A stretch of 64,000 bases of DNA from Gemmatimonadota bacterium (GTDB lineage: Bacteria; Gemmatimonadota; Gemmatimonadetes; Gemmatimonadales; GWC2-71-9), in assembly GCA_039588295.1 (NCBI GenBank), contig JBDHAB010000010.1, positions 32,001 through 96,000 on the forward strand, read 5' to 3'. Shown here one piece after another: positions 55,595-64,000 of the stretch. Under the pieces are notes generated by a model. The model made no database searches, was not told where the DNA came from, and was given only the letters and a program-made list of their open reading frames with translations. Each line of letters begins with the position of its first letter. Position 1 is the first letter of the stretch. Made by a program: the position numbers and the translations under genes.

Positions 55595-56118
55595 CGTCAC
55601 AGAAGTTCAACGTGTGGTTCGGCACGATGGTCTTCACGGCGGCGATGTTGACCGGGTCGACCGCGTTGCACGCCCAGGCGCAGAACGCCGTGGGAATTCC
55701 GGTCGGCAGTACGCCGCCGGCAGTCGAAATCGAGGACTTGGACGGCAACACCGTGTCGTTGGATCGCTGGAGCGGACGGCGACCGGTTCTTCTCGAGTTC
55801 TGGGCGACCTGGTGTCCGGTGTGTGCCAAGCTGCAACCGGAAATCGACGCCGCGCACGAGCGGTTCGGCGATCAGGTAGAGTTTGTCGTCGTGGGGGTTG
55901 CAGTGAATCAGACCAAGCGATCCGTCAGACGACATCTCGAGCGGCATTCCCTGACCTTTACCGTCTTGTGGGACACGAAAGGGCGGGCCACGCGGGCGTT
56001 CAAGGCACCGACCACATCGTATGTCGTGATTCTGGATGCGGACGGCACGGTGGCATACACTGGCGTGGGCGCCGATCAAGATCTCCAAGGGGCGCTTGCG
56101 CGCATGCTCGACGAGTAG
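55591..56118 (+). CDS. TlpA-family exported thioredoxin-like disulfide reductase
   Basis: GTG start overlapping the ccdA stop (GTGA); signal peptide; LEFWATWCPVC. Confidence 0.88.
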   Translation: MTSQKFNVWFGTMVFTAAMLTGSTALHAQAQNAVGIPVGSTPPAVEIEDLDGNTVSLDRWSGRRPVLLEFWATWCPVCAKLQPEIDAAHERFGDQVEFVVVGVAVNQTKRSVRRHLERHSLTFTVLWDTKGRATRAFKAPTTSYVVILDADGTVAYTGVGADQDLQGALARMLDE

Positions 56119-56127
56119 CCTAGCGGC

Positions 56128-56724
56128 TCACCCCTCTGGAGCCTCCTCCTGTGGCGCGACTCGGTCGATAGCGTCCTCCAGTTCGTCATACGCTGTTGGA
56201 TCGATCTCCCGAAACGGCGCGGCGACGTAGGCGATACGACCCTCCGGCGTCACCACGAACAAGGTACGGTTGTCGAGCGGGCCGCTGGGCCGATCGACGA
56301 ACGCACCGAACTTCTGACCAACAACCGCCCCAACGTCACTCCCCAACAGGAACGGAAACTCGTCGTCCCGTGCCCACGAGGCGAGCGCCTCCGGGCCATC
56401 GGTGCTGATGGCGATGAGGACCACGTCTCGCCCGTTGCGGAACAGCTTCGCGTACTGATCACGGTACGCGTGCAGTTGGATCGTTCAGCCACCGCTCCGT
56501 GCGCGGAAGAAGAAGGCCAGCACGACTGTCTTCCCCCGAAAATCACTCAACGTGATCGGATCACGCAGTACGCCGTAGCGAGTGGCGCCCGGAATCTCGA
56601 AGTCGGGTGCCGGAGCACCTACCGCGAGCGGGATGGACACACGACGTTCCTGTCCGCCGGCGGTCGGTGCGGCCATCATCGCACCGATTCCGAGCACGAC
56701 GAGGCTCATAGCTGTTCGGGTCAC
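56128..56724 (-). CDS. Exported peroxiredoxin (BCP/AhpC-TSA-like) selenoprotein, Sec encoded by in-frame TGA at 56485-56487
   Basis: GTG start with GGAG RBS and signal peptide. VGAPAPDF...LSDFRGKTVVLAFFFRARSGG-TGA-TIQLHAYRDQY...AISTD...FPFLLGSD...NRTLFVV joins track ORFs 56485..56784 and 56128..56424 in one frame. Confidence 0.85.
56449..56470 (-). promoter_or_regulatory. Candidate bacterial SECIS element
   Basis: mRNA CGCGUAC-CGUGAUCA-GUACGCG: perfect 7-bp stem starting 14 nt after the UGA; the loop starts 21 nt after the UGA and has GU at loop positions 2-3. Confidence 0.7.
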
Positions 56725-56818
56725 ACGGCACTCCTGTGAAGAGACACGACTCCTGTGGGATGCGCAGTATAGCGGTCGGATCATGAGCGGCGCCAGCTGC
56801 CGCGGGCCCCGCCAGGCA

Positions 56819-58384
56819 CTACTTCAACAACTCGCGAATCTCACGCCGTGCCGCCAGCTCCGCATCGATCTGCTCCCCGATCTCGCGCGCCCGCTCCAGG
56901 TCGGTCGTGAGATCCTCCATGGTAGCAACACCTGCCTGCACACGGAGCAGGCCCAGGCGTACGTTCTCGAGTGCCGCCACGGCGGTCTGGAGCCTCTCAC
57001 CCGTCTCGCCTCGCCGCCTCAACAACTCGGCGTCCTGTTCGAGCCGGCGTATCACCTTCGGCACGTCAGTGAGGCGCTGCCGCATTTCGCCGGGAAGCGC
57101 CTCGTACACGTCGACGGCGGCCCGGCCCAACACCAGTTCCGTCGCGTCCGTAGAGGGCAGGGCGCGCCGCTTCGGGGGGCGAACGCCGAACCCCGCCACC
57201 CGGAAGAACGTTCGGCCGAACCAGCCGGCCCACAAGCGATTCCACAGGCCGTTGACGCGTCGCATGAACTTCCCCGACCCCACCGCTTCCGCCTCTTCCT
57301 CGAGCGATTCCGCTTCGGCAAGCAATGCCGCGCGAATGTCGTCGAACGAGTAGCCCACTCTCAGCATACGGCGCGCCACGGCAATCAACTGAATGAGCAG
57401 CGCGAGCAGAATGAAGTTCATGAGTCCCGAGGCGCCCTCGGCCCGCTGCGACACCATTGCCGCCGTAATGAACACCGCCGTCGTCACCTCGGCGTTCCGC
57501 AGGAAGCTGCGTATCAGGGGCGGCGCTCTGAGTTCCCGACCACGGAGCTGACCAATCGATTCCGCCAACGCCTCGCCGGTGGGGAACCGCGCGGACGGTT
57601 CCTTCTCGAGACACCGACCGATCGCCTCGGAGAGTTTGGCTGGCACCTCCTTCCGCAGCGACACTACGGCCGGCGCCGGCTCCGCTACGTGCTTGGCCAG
57701 CAGCGCCGGCACATTGGCCGCCTCAAACGGTCCGCGACCGGTCAGCGCGAAGAAGGCGGTGGCTCCCAGCGAGTACAGGTCGCTCCGGCCGTCCACCACG
57801 TCCCCGGACGCTTGCTCCGGGCTCATGTATCTCGCAGTCCCGACGACGTGTCCTCCCCTCGCCGGCTCAGCGGCTCGCTGCACCTGCGCGATCCCAAAAT
57901 CAGTCACCAATGCACGACCGGTCGCCTGGTCCAGCATGATGTTGTCCGGCTTAATGTCGCGGTGGACGACCTTCCGCTGGTGGGCGTACGACAGAGCCCA
58001 CGCCACTTCCTGCAGCAGTCGCATCACCTCACGCGGTGACATTGGACCCGCACGGGCCACGCGCTCACGCAGCGTCTCGCCGTCGACGTAGCCCATCACG
58101 AAGAACACGAGATCGCCGTGTTCCTCGACGGTGTGAATCGGAACGATGTTGGGATGGGAGAGCCCGGCGGCCGTCCGCGCCTCCCGCAGGAACCGCTCCC
58201 GACGCTCCGGCGCAGCGGCGAGCTCAGGGGGTAGCAGCTTCAGGGCCACCAGTCGATCGAGCGCCACGTCTCGTGCGAGGAGCACAACCCCCATGCCCCC
58301 TCGCCCCAATTCGCGCTCAATCGAGAATCGTCCCGCAACCGTCTGCTGCAGCGCCAGGAACTCGGGACTGACCGATGCCGTCAT
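56819..58384 (-). CDS. Ser/Thr protein kinase
   Basis: LGRGGMGVV, VALK, HPNIV, HRDIKPDN, VTDFGIA, GTARYMSPE; C-terminal hydrophobic and helical region; GAGGTG RBS before ATG 58384. Confidence 0.92.
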   Translation of the reverse strand: MTASVSPEFLALQQTVAGRFSIERELGRGGMGVVLLARDVALDRLVALKLLPPELAAAPERRERFLREARTAAGLSHPNIVPIHTVEEHGDLVFFVMGYVDGETLRERVARAGPMSPREVMRLLQEVAWALSYAHQRKVVHRDIKPDNIMLDQATGRALVTDFGIAQVQRAAEPARGGHVVGTARYMSPEQASGDVVDGRSDLYSLGATAFFALTGRGPFEAANVPALLAKHVAEPAPAVVSLRKEVPAKLSEAIGRCLEKEPSARFPTGEALAESIGQLRGRELRAPPLIRSFLRNAEVTTAVFITAAMVSQRAEGASGLMNFILLALLIQLIAVARRMLRVGYSFDDIRAALLAEAESLEEEAEAVGSGKFMRRVNGLWNRLWAGWFGRTFFRVAGFGVRPPKRRALPSTDATELVLGRAAVDVYEALPGEMRQRLTDVPKVIRRLEQDAELLRRRGETGERLQTAVAALENVRLGLLRVQAGVATMEDLTTDLERAREIGEQIDAELAARREIRELLK

Positions 58385-58394
58385 TCGCGACACC

Positions 58395-59963
58395 TCATTC
58401 ACCATCTGGATGGTCCGGCTGCCGCCCTCGATCCAGCACTATGGCCTCGAGCCGCGCCATAAGATGGGAGAGTCGTTCGAACCGCCGCCGGATTTGTCGC
58501 TGGAACGCCCGACGCACGGCAAGGAAACTCACCCCGAATACACTGAGGCTCGTGCCACCCGCAATGATCGCCGCGACGAGATCGGACGCTCCCGCGCCGT
58601 CCGCAATCGCCCCGGTGATTCCCAGCAGCACGAGTGAGCCGACGGACAGGGGAAGGAGCACGAAGGTCATTGACGTGCGCTCGTTGTCCGAGATTCGAAT
58701 CCGCGTCTTGTCGCCGGCCGGACTGATGAACACCTGCGCGGCCCGTCCGGTTCCCTTGGACGCGGAACTCCAGACCAATGACGTCCCGAGTGTCTCGTTG
58801 AGTTGGCCCATCTCCCCCAACGATACGCGGATTTCCTCGAGCAGTGAGGCGTAGTCGACTGGGGTGACCTTGGCGTCCACGAACCGTTGGAGGTCGAGCT
58901 GCGGGGAGACGCCAAACACGCCGCCCGGAACCGGGCCCTCGTGCCCAACCTCCAACGCTTTGGCTGCGGCCGCAACTTCGTCGGGCGGGATGCCCGCTTC
59001 AGCGGCCGCCCGCTGGATGCCGGCTAGAGACATCGCCTCATCTTCATCAGTGAGCTTGCTCCCATCGGACTCCGCCGCGCGCGCGAGGATCGCACGCGCC
59101 TGGGTGGAGCCAAATCGCTCCCCCCCCTGGAGACCTCGTGCCATGGCGCTGGCAAAGTCCCCGGGGCTGGCAAACCGGAGCTCCCGGCGCAGCGCTAGCG
59201 CCTTGACCAGCACCTGCTCGAGTCCCCCAGGCAACCGGTCCAGCCGCTCACGATGCTGCGGCGGCACATCGGCAAACCGTCCCAGCTTGACGGCTTCGTC
59301 CGGCAGCCACATTCCGGGGGTCTCTCCGATGAGCATCTCGTACGCAACGCACGCGAGACTGAAGACGTCGGTCGTGGCGTCCAGCCCCGCACGCCCCGCC
59401 GCTTGCTCCGGGCTCATGTATCCTGGCGTCCCAATGGGAAACCCAGACTGTGTCAACTGGGCGCCGCCAGCGGACACGAGTGCCTTGGCAATACCGAAAT
59501 CGGTGACCACGGCGTGGCCTTCGGAAAACAGGATGTTCTCCGGTTTGACGTCCCGATGAACCACACCTCGCCGGTGCGCGTAGTCGAGCGCGTCCGCGAC
59601 CTCCTGCACGACCGGCAGCGTGTGGCGTGCGTCCATCACCTTCTCCCGGTTAAGGCGCCTGCGGAGCGACTCACCCTCGACAAAGGGCATCACAAAGAAC
59701 AGAAAGCCCACCGCCTCTCCCGAATCGATCAGCGTCAGGATGTGTGGATGATTGAGTTGGGCGACGAGCTGGATCTCGTGAAGAAACCGCTCGCTCCCCA
59801 CACTGGCGGCGAGTTCAGGATGCAACACCTTGACGGCCACGGACCGCCCGTGTTTCCCATCGTGCGCGAGGTAGACCGTCGCCATCCCGCCACGCCCCAG
59901 CACCCGCTCGAGCTCATACCGATCCGCGATCGCAGCCTTCAGAGCCTCGGAGAAATCCTCCAT
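58395..59963 (-). CDS. Ser/Thr protein kinase with C-terminal TM helices
   Basis: LGRGGMATVY, AVK, HRDVKPEN, DFGIA, GTPGYMSPE; helical LAGIQRAAAEAGIP segment and two C-terminal TMs. Confidence 0.92.
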   Translation of the reverse strand: MEDFSEALKAAIADRYELERVLGRGGMATVYLAHDGKHGRSVAVKVLHPELAASVGSERFLHEIQLVAQLNHPHILTLIDSGEAVGFLFFVMPFVEGESLRRRLNREKVMDARHTLPVVQEVADALDYAHRRGVVHRDVKPENILFSEGHAVVTDFGIAKALVSAGGAQLTQSGFPIGTPGYMSPEQAAGRAGLDATTDVFSLACVAYEMLIGETPGMWLPDEAVKLGRFADVPPQHRERLDRLPGGLEQVLVKALALRRELRFASPGDFASAMARGLQGGERFGSTQARAILARAAESDGSKLTDEDEAMSLAGIQRAAAEAGIPPDEVAAAAKALEVGHEGPVPGGVFGVSPQLDLQRFVDAKVTPVDYASLLEEIRVSLGEMGQLNETLGTSLVWSSASKGTGRAAQVFISPAGDKTRIRISDNERTSMTFVLLPLSVGSLVLLGITGAIADGAGASDLVAAIIAGGTSLSVFGVSFLAVRRAFQRQIRRRFERLSHLMARLEAIVLDRGRQPDHPDGE

Positions 59964-60088
59964 GGCTCGTAAGCTACCGGGGCACCGGCGAGACACACCA
60001 GATGTGTCCTCCGGCGCACCCCCATTTGGGCCCAGCCCCCACCCAGTCAGGCGGCTGGACTGCGAGTCCTAGCGCACGGGAGCCAAAA

Positions 60089-60105
60089 CCGATAAGATTT
60101 ATCGG
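60089..60105. promoter_or_regulatory. Perfect inverted repeat CCGATAA-GAT-TTATCGG between the divergent kinase and globin genes
   Basis: 7-bp arms with a 3-bp spacer in an AT-rich patch, 24 nt before the globin ATG. Confidence 0.45.
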
Positions 60106-60129
60106 ATTAATCAGGCCCGATACCCAGCA

Positions 60130-60561
60130 ATGCCAAAGCCTCCCGTCCAGCCCCAAGTGTCGGCAGCAGCGATCGAAGCAGCGCAGGCGAGCTTCGCGCG
60201 CTGTAACGCCGAACCGGAGTTCTACGAGAGTTTCTACCGGAACTTCTTCAGGAAGTGCCCGCGGGCGGAGCCAATGTTCGAGAACACCGACTTCCGCCGG
60301 CAGCACCGGTTACTGCGGCATGCGATCGGGATGCTCCTCATCTTCCCAAATCAGACCGAGGCGGACCTTGGCTTGCTGATCCGAGTCGCGGAGCGGCACA
60401 GCCGACGCGACCTCGATGTGGATGCGTCCTTCTACCCCCTGTTCGTCGACGCCCTGGTCGATACTGTGCGAACGTATGACCCGTACTTCACTCGCGATAT
60501 CGGCCACGCGTGGCGTGCCGTCCTGGCGCCCGGCGTTGAGTACATGATCTCCAGGTACTGA
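60130..60561 (+). CDS. Single-domain globin
   Basis: FYESFY (B10 Tyr), PMF (CD1 Phe), TDFRRQ (E7 Gln), AERHSR (F8 His), YPLFVDAL, AWRAVL. Confidence 0.82.
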   Translation: MPKPPVQPQVSAAAIEAAQASFARCNAEPEFYESFYRNFFRKCPRAEPMFENTDFRRQHRLLRHAIGMLLIFPNQTEADLGLLIRVAERHSRRDLDVDASFYPLFVDALVDTVRTYDPYFTRDIGHAWRAVLAPGVEYMISRY

Positions 60562-60608
60562 GGCGGCAACCACGATGTCGCTTCGCACCTTCCGGATTCG
60601 TCGGCCTC

Positions 60609-63053
60609 ATGGGCTCGTGTAGCCGCTGTGGAGTCGGCCTACCTGCGGACGCGCATTTCTGCATCCGATGCGGCGCGTTGGCGACCGTCCATCAGAGCGA
60701 TGCCGAGACACAGCGCATCGCGGTAGAGACGACCTCCCAGGGCACCCTGCTCGACGCGCTACGCCGGGCAACGCTCGGGGAGTACGAGGTCCTGGGTGAA
60801 ATCGGCCAAGGTGGGATGGCAGTGGTGTTCCTGGCACACGACATCGCCCTGGACCGCAAAGTCGCGATCAAGGTCATCTCGCCCGCCCTGCTGATGATGG
60901 ATGCCGGGATTCACGAGCGGTTCCTGCGGGAGGCTCGTACCTCGGCTTCCCTCAGCCACCCTCACATCATCCCGGTGTATGCGGTGAAGCGAGAGAGGGA
61001 CCTCGTGTACTTCGTCATGAAGTATGTCGTGGGACGCAATCTCGAGTCGGTCATGCAGCAAGTCGGGTCGATGCCCATTGCCATTGTTCAGACGATCCTG
61101 AACCAGGTCGGTGGTGCGCTCGGGTATGCGCACCGGCGTGGGGTCATCCACCGCGACATCAAGCCGGCCAATCTCATGCTGGACGAGGACGGGTGGGCCG
61201 TGGTCACCGACTTTGGCATCGCGAAGGTCACCGAGGAGAAGGCGCTGACGATGACCGGCGGCACCGTCGGCACGCCGGCGTACATGAGCCCGGAGCAGTG
61301 CGCAGGCACGGAGATTACCGGGGCGGCCGACCAGTACTCGTTGGGGGTGGTCTCCTACGAGATGATCTCCGGGCACAAGCCGTTTGCCGGAGAGTCGGCG
61401 ATGACGCTCATGTACGAGCATTGTCACGCCGAGCCCACGCCGATTCAGGAGTATCGGCGGGATTGCCCGTCGGAGATCGCGGATGCCATCATGCGAATGC
61501 TGGCGAAATCGCCGGCCGACCGGTGGCCCAGCGTCGAGGACGCGATCGCGGCCATCGGTGAGGCCAGCGACACCGGTCAGCGGACCAGCATTCGCACCAA
61601 GATGCTGGGGCTCGCTAAGGATCCGGAAGCCCAGGCACTGCTCCAGAAGTTCAGCACCCCGCGCACCCCAGTTCCGCGACGTAGTGCTCGCACGGACGAC
61701 GATGACGCCACCGCTGGGGCCTCGTCGGCGGCGCCGTCGCGCACGCGCTTCTTCCTGTGGGGCATCCCCGTCGCGACCGCAGCGCTCGCGGCGACGGTGT
61801 TCGTGATTCAAGGAGGGAATTCGGACGAGCCGGTCTCCCGACCGGAGGCTCTGGCCGCGGTAGCGAGCGACACCGGCTCAATGCCCGGCGGGGTTGCCAG
61901 CCTCGAGATTCTCCCGTACCCGGAGTCGCTGGCCGTCGGCGAGGCGTTTCAGCTCCAGACCGTCGGCAGGGACGCCAGCGGCAATACGCTCGAGGATCTC
62001 GGCATCGTCTGGGAGTCCGGCAATCCCGCCGTTGCGACGGTCTCTCCCCAGGGCGTGGTGACCGCATCGGGTGCGGGGCTCGCGGAGCTCACGGCACGCT
62101 ACGACACGCAGTCCGTCACCGTCACGTTACGAGCGGTTGCAGCCCCAATCGCACCCACTCCACCCACTGCCGCGCCCGCACGAAGCCGGCCGCCGCCCGT
62201 CGCAACACTCGAGCTCCCCCGCGGCACCCGGGAGGCACTGGTCGGAGATCGGTTTCAGCTGCGGGTGGTCGTGCGGGATCCGTCTGGCAGGGAGCTCGCC
62301 GGCCGGCCGATCAGGTGGTCCTCCGACCGACCTGCGGTCGCAACCGTGGACCAGGGAGGATCCGTCACCGCCCTCAGGGAAGGTTTGGTCACGATCACCG
62401 CCTCCAGCGAGGGTCGGTCGGCAGCCGCCGTCGTCTCCGTGGCACCGCTTCAGGCCGCGTCTCTCTCGCTGTCACCGGATAATCGGACCATCACGGTGGG
62501 CGAGACACTCCAACTGTCCGCGACACCGCAGGACGATCGCGGCAACCCGATGACCGGACAGTCCGTGTCCTGGACGTCGAGCCATCCGAATGCGCTGCAA
62601 GTCTCTCCGACCGGTCTCGTGGCCGCGGTTGCCCCTGGGTCGGCCACGGTAACGGCCCAGACAGGGCGTGCCTCCGCGAGCGTGCGGGTTGTGGTCGCGG
62701 CGCCGGTTACCGCCCCCCCAACGGACCCGCCCGAGGATCCGCAACCGGCCATCGAGGCGGTCCTGGAGAGCTACCGCCGAGCGATCGAATCGCGCGATCT
62801 GTCTCAGCTCCGCCGCGCCTATCCTGGCATGACTGCGGAGCAGGAGCGCGCGTTCCGCAACTTCTTCGCGAACGTTTCACAACTCGTCGCTCGCCTCACC
62901 ATCGTCGAGCTCCAAATCTCGGGTGATACAGCTCGGGCCCAGGTGGAGGCGACCTACGAGTTTCGGACGAGCAGGACAGAGACCCAGGACTTCGCATTTG
63001 TCGCAACGCTGGAGCGGGGGCGCACCGGCTGGCAACTCGTGGAAGTCCGCTGA
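60609..63053 (+). CDS. Membrane Ser/Thr kinase with N-terminal zinc ribbon, three Big_2 Ig-like domains and an NTF2-like C-terminus
   Basis: CSRC...FCIRCG; IGQGGMAVV, HRDIKPAN, DFG, GTPAYMSPE; TM FFLWGIPV; three WxSxxPxVAxV..xG.V.A...G repeats; C-terminal IEAVLESYRRAIE...GWQL. Confidence 0.9.
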   Translation: MGSCSRCGVGLPADAHFCIRCGALATVHQSDAETQRIAVETTSQGTLLDALRRATLGEYEVLGEIGQGGMAVVFLAHDIALDRKVAIKVISPALLMMDAGIHERFLREARTSASLSHPHIIPVYAVKRERDLVYFVMKYVVGRNLESVMQQVGSMPIAIVQTILNQVGGALGYAHRRGVIHRDIKPANLMLDEDGWAVVTDFGIAKVTEEKALTMTGGTVGTPAYMSPEQCAGTEITGAADQYSLGVVSYEMISGHKPFAGESAMTLMYEHCHAEPTPIQEYRRDCPSEIADAIMRMLAKSPADRWPSVEDAIAAIGEASDTGQRTSIRTKMLGLAKDPEAQALLQKFSTPRTPVPRRSARTDDDDATAGASSAAPSRTRFFLWGIPVATAALAATVFVIQGGNSDEPVSRPEALAAVASDTGSMPGGVASLEILPYPESLAVGEAFQLQTVGRDASGNTLEDLGIVWESGNPAVATVSPQGVVTASGAGLAELTARYDTQSVTVTLRAVAAPIAPTPPTAAPARSRPPPVATLELPRGTREALVGDRFQLRVVVRDPSGRELAGRPIRWSSDRPAVATVDQGGSVTALREGLVTITASSEGRSAAAVVSVAPLQAASLSLSPDNRTITVGETLQLSATPQDDRGNPMTGQSVSWTSSHPNALQVSPTGLVAAVAPGSATVTAQTGRASASVRVVVAAPVTAPPTDPPEDPQPAIEAVLESYRRAIESRDLSQLRRAYPGMTAEQERAFRNFFANVSQLVARLTIVELQISGDTARAQVEATYEFRTSRTETQDFAFVATLERGRTGWQLVEVR

Positions 63054-63132
63054 GAAACGCACCACTCACTGATCGGAATGGACCGGCGGTCATCGTCGTC
63101 TGGACCGAAGCACACTCGATTCCGGAGGGGGT

Positions 63133-64000
63133 ATGAAGCGTTGTATCAGCGTGGCGGTGGTGGCGTTGGTGCTCGGCACCACACCGCTAGTCGGACAGGG
63201 GCTGCGCGACCAGATCGGTCAGCTCTTCATCTTTGGATCGGGCGAGGAGGCACTGTTCCTCGCCGGAACAGCCGACCCGAGCAATCCCACCAACGTTCAG
63301 GTGCATGGTGACCATTTCATTCCTTCAGCCGTCGAGAGCAACGGGACGCTCATCTCGTTCCTCACCACGGCGATCAGCGCGAGCGTGGCAAACCTGCCGA
63401 TCAGTTCCACGAGCGGCGGTCGCACGTTCCGCTTCGAGGGAGGGGTCCCCGTCGCCACCACCACATCTCCTGGCCCGATCCTCGCCGAGCGGGCCAACAC
63501 GCTGGGACGTGGCCGAGTCCTCGTCGGCGCGACCGTCAACGTGTTCAACTTCAAGACCGTCCGAGGCGTGGGCCTGGATGACCTGACCCTTACGTTCACG
63601 CACGAGAACACGGACTTCCCGAACTGCGACGTCATATTCAGCGGCGACTGTTCGCTCTACGGCATTCCGAGCTTCGAGAATGACCTCATACAACTCGATC
63701 TCTCGCTCGATCTGCGCGTCGTATCCGCACTGTTCGCCGTGACGTACGGACTCCTGGACTGGGTCGATATCAGCGTCGCGCTCCCAGTCGTCACAACTTC
63801 GCTGAGGGGGACGAGTACCGCGCAGGTAATCCCGTTCGGGGGACCCGACGTCAACCACTTCTTCGAAGGTTCGCTCGCGAATCCGGGTCTTTCCTCCACC
63901 CGTTTCGTGGACGGGTCGGCGACGGGTCTCGGCGACGTCGCGGCGCGTATCAAGATCGCCCTGGGCCAGTCCGAGCGTGCCGCGTTCGCCATCCTGGGCG
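63133..64000 (+). CDS. Exported, probable outer-membrane beta-barrel protein (partial; runs off the window's right edge)
   Basis: Absent from the ORF track. GGAGGGGG RBS, ATG 63133: MKRCISVAVVALVLG...NLPISSTSGGRTFRF...PGPILAERANTLGRGR...TYGLLDWVDISVALPVV...GLGDVAARIK; no stop before the window end. Confidence 0.72.
   Translation, partial: MKRCISVAVVALVLGTTPLVGQGLRDQIGQLFIFGSGEEALFLAGTADPSNPTNVQVHGDHFIPSAVESNGTLISFLTTAISASVANLPISSTSGGRTFRFEGGVPVATTTSPGPILAERANTLGRGRVLVGATVNVFNFKTVRGVGLDDLTLTFTHENTDFPNCDVIFSGDCSLYGIPSFENDLIQLDLSLDLRVVSALFAVTYGLLDWVDISVALPVVTTSLRGTSTAQVIPFGGPDVNHFFEGSLANPGLSSTRFVDGSATGLGDVAARIKIALGQSERAAFAILG

Noticed and set aside
56128..56784. Treating ORFs 56485..56784 and 56128..56424 as two genes or a nonsense pseudogene
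   Set aside because: They share one frame, the TGA sits exactly at the catalytic position and a SECIS-like hairpin follows; Sec read-through explains this better.
6034..59972. Long antisense or alternate-frame ORFs (e.g. 6034..7251, 14140..15462, 41101..42264, 53369..54835, 56582..58039)
   Set aside because: These are shadow ORFs of real genes, as expected in GC-rich DNA; they are Arg/Pro/Ala-rich and carry no motifs.
1..64000. CRISPR arrays, tRNA/rRNA genes, transposases, integrases and prophage genes
   Set aside because: No regularly spaced repeats, tRNA arms or recombinase motifs were recognised by eye.

Overview
GC-rich (roughly two-thirds by eye), gene-dense bacterial chromosomal window. 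The gene repertoire (SusC-like receptors, barrel-less plug proteins, five Hanks-type Ser/Thr kinases, PPC-repeat proteins) suggests Gemmatimonadota; this is inference. Left to right: (1) a SusC-like TonB-dependent receptor plus two plug-only proteins. (2) A ~13 kb D-amino-acid/peptide-hydrolase block. (3) YbaK, a candidate sigma54-dependent sRNA, an APC-EIIA-TrkA-C fusion and a TreT-like glycosyltransferase. (4) An NHEJ locus (ligD, ku) with DUF72, EVE and an alpha/beta hydrolase. (5) A block of two paralogous membrane kinases, HtrA, an Omp85 barrel coupled to an exported atypical-kinase-like protein, NhaA and two NTT/TLC-like nucleotide transporters. (6) A molybdopterin oxidoreductase-IscS fusion, CotH-like and CYTH-like proteins, TauE and OPT. 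(7) ccdA-tlpA converging on an exported peroxiredoxin whose peroxidatic position is an in-frame TGA followed by a SECIS-like hairpin: a hidden selenoprotein that the ORF track splits in two. (8) Three more kinases, a globin and a partial outer-membrane protein. No rRNA, tRNA, CRISPR array or mobile element was recognised. All family calls come from motif recognition by eye; no searches were run.
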